Source: the human T2T-CHM13v2.0 reference genome, Homo sapiens | NCBI RefSeq assembly: GCF_009914755.1 | Contig: NC_060928.1 | DNA: 64,000 nucleotides | Strand: one strand, 5' to 3' | Shown here: piece after piece, positions 47,059 to 64,000 of the stretch | How the letters are laid out: every line of letters begins with the position of its first letter | How positions within the stretch are numbered: the first letter of the stretch is position 1 | Position numbers and translations under genes: made by a program | Notes under the pieces: model-generated | The model's database searches: none | The model's input: only the letters and a program-made list of their open reading frames with translations | Told to the model about the DNA's origin: nothing

Positions 47059-49272
47059 GCCAATACAGCTCCCTAATCCATTCCTTCCCAACCAGAAGCT
47101 GAGAGAGTAAGCATGGGGACCAGCGTTTTAATATGTCCCACAAGCGATTCTGATGCTAAACAGTTTGGAATCTTGCGCAGGAGACCAGGGTGTCTAAGTG
47201 GTGCATCCTCTAGTGGGTTCTGAGTTGAGTCATAAGGACCCGTCTAAAGCTGCAAACCCTCCCAGCTCTGACTCCCTTGCCCTTAGGGGTTCATCTGCAA
47301 CTCCTACATTCAATGTGTCTTGAACATAGATTCCTGCTATACATGGTTTTAGCAAAAGCCTACTGGCTGCGGGATGCTCCCGGGGGCCTTAACTTCCCTG
47401 CACAGCTGACTTCCTCTTGCATAGGCCACGTATGCTTCCTCAGCTACAGAAAGCTCTTGGGGAGAGAGACGGTTCCTGCAACTCCCACTGTGGTAGAGCA
47501 CCCATCATCTGCACCAAGCAGCAAGTAGGAGCTGAGAGGACATGGGCAGGGCATCCACTGTGTCAGCCCTGCAGGACAAATGCATTCAGTCATTTGACAG
47601 CTAAATCATAATCCTGGACTGGGCCTCACACAGAAGTGAGTCTTCAGGACTCGTGTCCTCAGGATGCCCATAGCCTGCAGCGGGGAGGATTACCAAACAG
47701 TGCGGTGTGTGCCGTGAATCAGACACACAGGGGCCACTGTGGGGACAGGAGGAGGTGCCCTGGGGCTAACCTCTCTGGACCTTTGTTTCGAAACAGAGAA
47801 CAAAATTAAAATTAGCGCTGCCTACTTTTTTGGAAATGCAGCTTATTATTGGCTAATGGTCTCAGCTGGCAAAAGGCCACTGAGCCAGGTGGAGCATCTG
47901 CTTCCAGGGCTGGTCAGGGCTTTGAAGGCCTTGGCAGCTGAGACTTCCATTGGGTTGAGAAATGCACCAGGGGGCCCATCCTCCTATTCTTGGCCAAAGA
48001 TCTGAGCAGGGCTGATTTTTCCAAGAGGTCTTTTCAATAGCATTTGACATTTTGCAGAATAAGAAGCTCCTGGTGAGGAAGGAATTTAAGGGGCATTTTC
48101 TATCTTTGCTATCTCTTGAAGAAACAGAAACATTTAAAATCATATAAAAGCTACCCCTGGAGTCCTTGAAAATATCACATTTAAAAAATCTACTATTGCA
48201 TTTGTTACACCAAATAATACTATGAACACTAATAACAATCATCATTTGTATGTGACTTTATGGTTTTAGATCATGTTCCTTTAATCTAGGGTTTCTCAAC
48301 CTTGGCACTGACTGTTGACATCAATTCTTGGTTGTGAGGGCCATCCTGTGCCTTGCAGGATACTTAAATAATCTCTGCCCTCTACCTACTAGATACCAGT
48401 AACACCTTCAGACAGTGACAATCAAAAATGTCTCCAGATATTGCCAAACGTTCCCTGGCAGGCAAAATCACCCCCAGTTGAGAGCCAGTGCTTTAGTCCT
48501 TACTTATCACATTTCCCTAAAAGAAATATCATTGGTATTCTCAAGGTCTTGCAATATGAAGAACTTGAACTCTAATCTCCCGTCTCCTAGTTCCCAGGCT
48601 CTTTCTGCTAGCTGTGCTTTCATCCAGTTGTTTGGCAGATGTTTATTGAGCATCTCCCTGGGGTCAGGTACAGGGATACTGCTGGGAGCAAGGCCCCTGC
48701 TCTCAATGGAGCTCACAGCCTGGTGGCACGAGCTTTCAGACGTGCAGGAAGGATTGCTTTGCACAAGTGGGTGGCCTTGAGGGTTCTCTCCAATGCACCC
48801 AATGGGCAGTGGCAGGCGTGGCATAGATGGTCATGAGAGCTCCCTTTTATTGGGTGTTCACTCTGTGCCATTTAGTCTGTACATCCGTCCTCTGAGCTGG
48901 TTATGCTTATTCCCCCCCATTTCACAGGTTAGGAAGTACAGGCCCAGAGTGGATTAAGGGCACACAGCCAAGAGGTGGCAGAGCCGGGGTTCCACAGAGA
49001 CAGTGTGGCTCCAGAGCCCCAGGCTGAATCAAAATAGCCCCTGGCCATGTACATTAAATGTTGGGCAAGGAATTGTCACTCTCCCTGTAGACACCTTCTG
49101 TTGGCGAACCCAGACGTTTCAGGTGCAAGATTATACAAATTAACATGACCACAATGCATCCTCCTTACCCCTCCTCAGACCACACAATGGCAGCAAACCC
49201 AGCGCATTTGCTGTGGATGGAGGGTGCCCTGACTAAGTCCGCAGCAGGGTAGACAGTCAAAAGATATTTAAA

Positions 49273-49765
<493 letters not shown>

Positions 49766-50579
49766 TCATGGTGCTGTGACCCCAGTGAAGCTCCAGCCTC
49801 TCTGAGCCTCGGACTTCTCATCTGTGCCATCAAGGGGCTGAACAGATATCAATGATTCTTTGACTTTACCAAGGTCTGTGCCATCTGCGAAGTGCTTTGA
49901 CATTTCTCGTATCTCTTCAGCAACCCAACTAGTAAGAAAAGGAAAGGTTAGTCCTTGTATTAATCTGCAAAATGGAGAAAACCCTTTGCACTTAGTCCCT
50001 TCCCCACAAACCTCACTGCTGGGAAGTAGCAAACTTCAAAACTCTAGGCCTCCCAAAGTGAAGGCCAGCACATGTAGGTTCTGTCCAGTCTTTGAATTAA
50101 ACATTGTGGTTCAAACTTAATAGAAAAGGCAGTTAACAGTGAAGACCACCTTCTGTGTGCTGGCCATGGGGGAGCTACCTGCACCCATTTTCTCATTCCA
50201 TTCTCCTTGAGATTGTATCCGTAGGTATTTTTATTCCCGTTTCACAGTCAGCTAAACTGATTAAAACATAATTCTGACTTGAATGGTGTCTCTGAAACTC
50301 AGAAGTCTAGAGGGTTTACTGCCCAATGAGGTGGAGGGGAGGGAAGAGCTCAGGCGATTGAGCAAGGCAGGGCCGAGCTTCCTGGGAACCTTGATACAGC
50401 AGAGCAAATGCCTTTCGAATGACTGGGGAGAATCAGCTCAGTGACCTGACGCAGCGGGAGGAATTCCAGCCAGAGATGAAGGTAGTCTAAAAGGCTGTGT
50501 GGATTGCAGAATCTTAATAGTGCCACAAAACTCACAATCAAGACACTGCATGGGAATTAGGGCCCGGTTTAAAAAGTGT

Positions 50580-51221
<642 letters not shown>

Positions 51222-51243
51222 CTATCATTTTTAAGTGTATTGA

Positions 51244-51640
<397 letters not shown>

Positions 51641-51897
51641 TCACAATCTTGATTTATAAGTCTTAATGTCTGGAAAGAATAAGTCATCCGTCTGAGGTCA
51701 CTGGTAAAGTGTTTTAGCTAGAGTGGGGATTCCACACATAGGTCTGAGGGATTCTCAAGCCCATTTTCTGTTTCACTATCCCCCTTCTAATGCTCACTTT
51801 TAATTTTTTAAAAATACAGAAACTGTAATTACAATATCCAAGTGAAGTAAAGGAGTGGTACTGCTGGGAAAGTATATAAAATACAGAATACAAACAC

Positions 51898-52821
51898 TGA
51901 GGTGTTCTGAAATAAGCACACAGGGGCAACTAGTAACTTCTCTTATGGGTCCTTAAAGTTGATTTCCACTGCTTAATCTAGCTATCACACACCCTGGCTT
52001 CTTATGAAAAAGCCTTAGACTCTGCCTGAGAACCCTGTGTTGTGAGTTGAATTGTGTCCTCCTAAAGGATATGTTGGAGACCTGTCGCCTAGCACCTGTG
52101 AAGATGACCTGTCACCTGGCACCTGTGAAAATGACCTTATTTGGAAACAGGGTTTTTGCAGAAGTATTAAGTTTATGAGTGAATGTGACCTTATTTGGAA
52201 ACAGAGTCTTTGCAGAAGTATTCAATTTATGAAGAGGTCACACTAGATTAGGGTAGGCACTAAATCCAATGGCACATAGGGAAGAAGGCCATGTGCAGGT
52301 GCAGGGAGAGACAGAAGAGAGGCTGCCACAACCCAAGGGATGCCGCCACCAGATTGGTGGCTACCACCAGAAACTGGAAGAGACAAGGAAGGACTTCCCC
52401 CTGCAACCCTCTAAGGAAGTGTGGCCCAGCCAACACCTTGATTTCTAACTTTCTGGTCTCTAGAACAAAGCGAGACTATATTTCTGTTGTTTTTAAGCCA
52501 CCAAGTTTGCGGAAATTTGCTAAGCAGAGCAAGGAAACAAATATACCTTCCAGGAACTTAAAAGGCTCCCCGATGGGTAGTGCTGTCTCACCGTGTAACC
52601 CTCGATTTCTCCTCAAAATTCAAACAAAACGTTAAGCATGGCTATTATTATCAGTGAGGTGTTCTGAAATAAGCACACAGGGGCAACTAGTAACTTCTCT
52701 TATGGGTCCTTAAAGTTCATTTTCACTACTTAATCTAGCTGTTATCACACACCCTGGCTTCTTATGAAAAAGCCTTAGAGTCTCTGCCTGAGACCTCTGT
52801 GTTGAATTGAATTGTGTCCTC
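51898..52821. repeat. Direct repeat pair ~165 bp (51898-52061 and 52655-52821)
   Basis: First ~63 bp identical; the rest has a few substitutions and small indels. Confidence 0.92.
52037..52545 (+). mobile_element. MLT1-type MaLR LTR with internal tandem duplications
   Basis: tgttgtgagttgaattgtgtcctcc...gaaacaaatata. Confidence 0.78.
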
Positions 52822-54505
52822 TCAAATGGCCTAAAACCCTCAAATGCCTCATTTTCTGTCTAGAGACACAGTCTAGAGGTCCTGATGGGAGCTCTGGCTC
52901 AGAATGGCTCAGAGTCCATTATTCACCACCCACCAGCATCCGGATCCCCAGATCCCCTCTCTGAGTCCATAACCAGGTACAAATGCACAGTTTCAGTGAC
53001 TTAACAACAACCAAGTGTGTTCCTTGTTCACGCTGTATGTCCATGGCAGGTCAGCTTGGAGTGCAGCTCCTACATCTTCCTGCTGCTTCTCACTCCACTC
53101 CATATGGCAGTGATCATGACAGAGGGAAGAGCCCTCTGGAGAGTTTTGCCCTTGGGAATTACACGCTCCAGCCTGATGGTAGCACGCAGCACTTCCATTC
53201 ATGCTCACTGGCCGGAACTAGTCACGTGGCCTCACTTAACACCAAGGGAGCCCAGAACTTCAATCCTGCCGTGTGCTGGGAACAGGGGCCAGAGTGTGTG
53301 GTGAGGACCCCTAGTGACTGCCCATCCGTCAGACCCCCAGTGCAGGTCCTTCCAGTGCCCCCACCCACACCAAGAAGGACCCAGCAAACCTCACCCTTAA
53401 GCCAGCTGAGGCGGAAAAGCTCAGCCTCACCTCCGAGTCTAGGGAGAAATCAACTGGTACCAGTGCCCAGAATGGGGCCGTGGAAAGAATGCTTAGCTGG
53501 GAAGAGGGGAAGAGCAGAGTTCTGCATCTGAACTCTCAACTCCCCTCTGAAAAGCCATGTGACCTACTACCAGTTGCCCATCCATTCTCACCCTAAAAAT
53601 GGGCCTGGTTCACTTTTCTCCCAAAGGATGGGATGTAGGTATTAAATGAGAAGTTGTGGAATGAAGAGACAACAAATAGGGAAAATCAATCCCCCATGAC
53701 TCAGAAACCAGAGACTGCTGCCCTTCAGTTCTGTCAGAGCGGTCTCATTTGCAAAGGGGCGGAGAGAGGGAGAGGAGACGATGGTAAGAGAATCCCTTGC
53801 GTTTTGCATTTTCTGCATTTAGCACCCAGGGTTTGGCTGAATCCAACCAAAGACTCCCTCAAATGTGTGTTGCTTCAGGCAACAGCTGATAAGACTGGCA
53901 GAACTTTAATGCTTCTGGCCAAAGGCTGTTATTGAATTACAGAGATCAGAATTGCCTACAAGGTAATCTCCCAATAACTGTTGAGGTTTAAAAGTGGAAC
54001 TGCCAGTTATATTGAGTTTTTACTTAGAAAAGAGAAATCTCCGGGAGACTGGAAAGATGTTGTATTAGAGTCCCAGAGAAAACACTCCAAGGATAATTTA
54101 CTTACAAAGAATCGTTTACATGGAGTGGGTAGAGACGCCACAGAGGCTCTGCAGTACCTTGGGGCTCCATAGAAGCCAAGGTGTTACTCCCCGGAGGCTG
54201 GAGGAGATGAGGGGATGGAGAGCCTCAATCACCGGGCTGCCTTGACTGGAGCAGTGACCTCCAATGTTCCTAGCAACCCCAGGCGGCAGTGCAGGGAGGA
54301 AGCTAGGGAACCAGTGCCCACACTTGGCATCCCTTGCTCTCTATGATTTCTGCTGGGGCTTCCCATTGGCCACGCCCAGCTGGCAGCCCACAGGCATGGG
54401 CACCTAGGCTATGGCTCCTCCAAGTCAGACTCCCAGGCTGACAAGAGTTGGAGGTGGTGCAAAGCGGATCCAGGGGGAGGCAGGAGACAGTTAATCCCGG
54501 GGAGT

Positions 54506-54875
<370 letters not shown>

Positions 54876-55654
54876 TAAGAATTGGAGGAATATTCCATGA
54901 GAAAGAAACTGGAATCATCCAAATATTTAATAGTTCCAGAAAGCAGACCTAAGGCCAGTGGAGGTGGAGTGGAGATGGAGCTCTCAGGCAGCAGATTTCT
55001 CCATTTCAATTCTATGTGAAGGAAAAGTTTCTCAGGACTTGAGCTATTCCCAGATGGGATGGGCTGCCTTGGGAGGTGGCAGCAGGGCTTGGGTAACACT
55101 GGCTGGGTCTCTTCCAGGGATTCTAGAGAAGGGATTCTTGCAGGGTATGCACGATGGAACTGAATGACTTTTGCTTTTTTCTCTTTCAATATCCACCCCC
55201 CATTTCCAACTCAATTACCATTATTCAATTTGGTATGTGTCCTCCCACAGCTTTCCAGTAATTTCAACTCTGTGTTTGCGGTTTTTTGGGGTTTTGTTTT
55301 GGGGCGTTTCTTTTTTAACTACAGAGAGGCAGGATATGTAAATGGCTAAAAGCACACACTCTGGAACCAGACTGCCTGGGTACAAATCCTGATTTTAGCT
55401 TTGTGGCCTTAGACTTCAAACTACTGCCTCAGCTTTCTAATTGTAAAATGGGGTATTAATATGTACTTCATAGGATTGTCGTAAGAACAAATGGCACACA
55501 TGTTAAGCATTTAACAGCCTCGGTGACAGTCAGCACTACCCAATGTTTCCTAGTAATATTAATTATTTACAAAATTATCAGACCGATATAGTGCCATTCA
55601 ATTAAGTATTGTGTCAGACATTATCTTCTTTTCATTTTTTAAATCAACACACAC

Positions 55655-56020
55655 TGTTCACAAAAAGAGTCAAACTCTGTAAAATATTTCAAGAGGTTTA
55701 TTCTGAGCCAAATATGAGTGACCGTGGCCCATGACACAGCCCTCAGGAGGTCCTGAGAACATATATGTGCCCAAGGTGGTCGGGGTACAGCTTGGTTTTA
55801 AACATTTTAGGGAGGAATGAGACATCAATCAAATACATTTAAGAAATACATTGGTTTGGTTCAGAAAGGCAGGACAACTCAAAGCAGGGTTGGTGGGGGA
55901 GCTTTCAGGCTATAGGTAAATTTAAACATTTTCTGGTTAACAATTAGTTGAGTTTATCTGAAGACTTGGGATCAATGGAAAAGAATGTTTAGGTTAAGAT
56001 AAAGGATTGTGGAGACCACG
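55655..56020 (-). mobile_element. MER4-family ERV1 LTR fragment, cut by the L1 tail
   Basis: aagagtcaaactctgtaaaatatttcaagaggtttattctgagccaa is the reverse of the recalled MER4 LTR 3' end. Confidence 0.7.

Positions 56021-64000
<7,980 letters not shown>

Overview
Primate (most likely human) genomic DNA from the + strand gene STK32B (YANK2, AGC-related Ser/Thr kinase). Five internal coding exons with canonical AG/GT boundaries read in one frame from the APE motif to the C-terminal tail (likely exons 7-11). The upstream exons and the last exon lie outside the window. The rest is intron full of repeats: two full-length antisense L1PA elements, about 15 Alus, MaLR and ERV1 LTRs, hAT DNA transposons, L2/MIR relics, and Y3 and 7SK RNA retropseudogenes. 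The most notable observation is that the first L1 has an intact ORF0 facing the same way as STK32B about 2.4 kb upstream of the APE exon, and its first splice donor is in the right phase to make an in-frame ORF0-STK32B fusion. Also notable: the two L1s differ in the ~129-bp ZNF93-bound segment and the YY1 site, and four short local duplications (45-185 bp) occur, one copying an exon/donor junction. Repeat family names, exon numbers and protein identity come from recall, not database searches.
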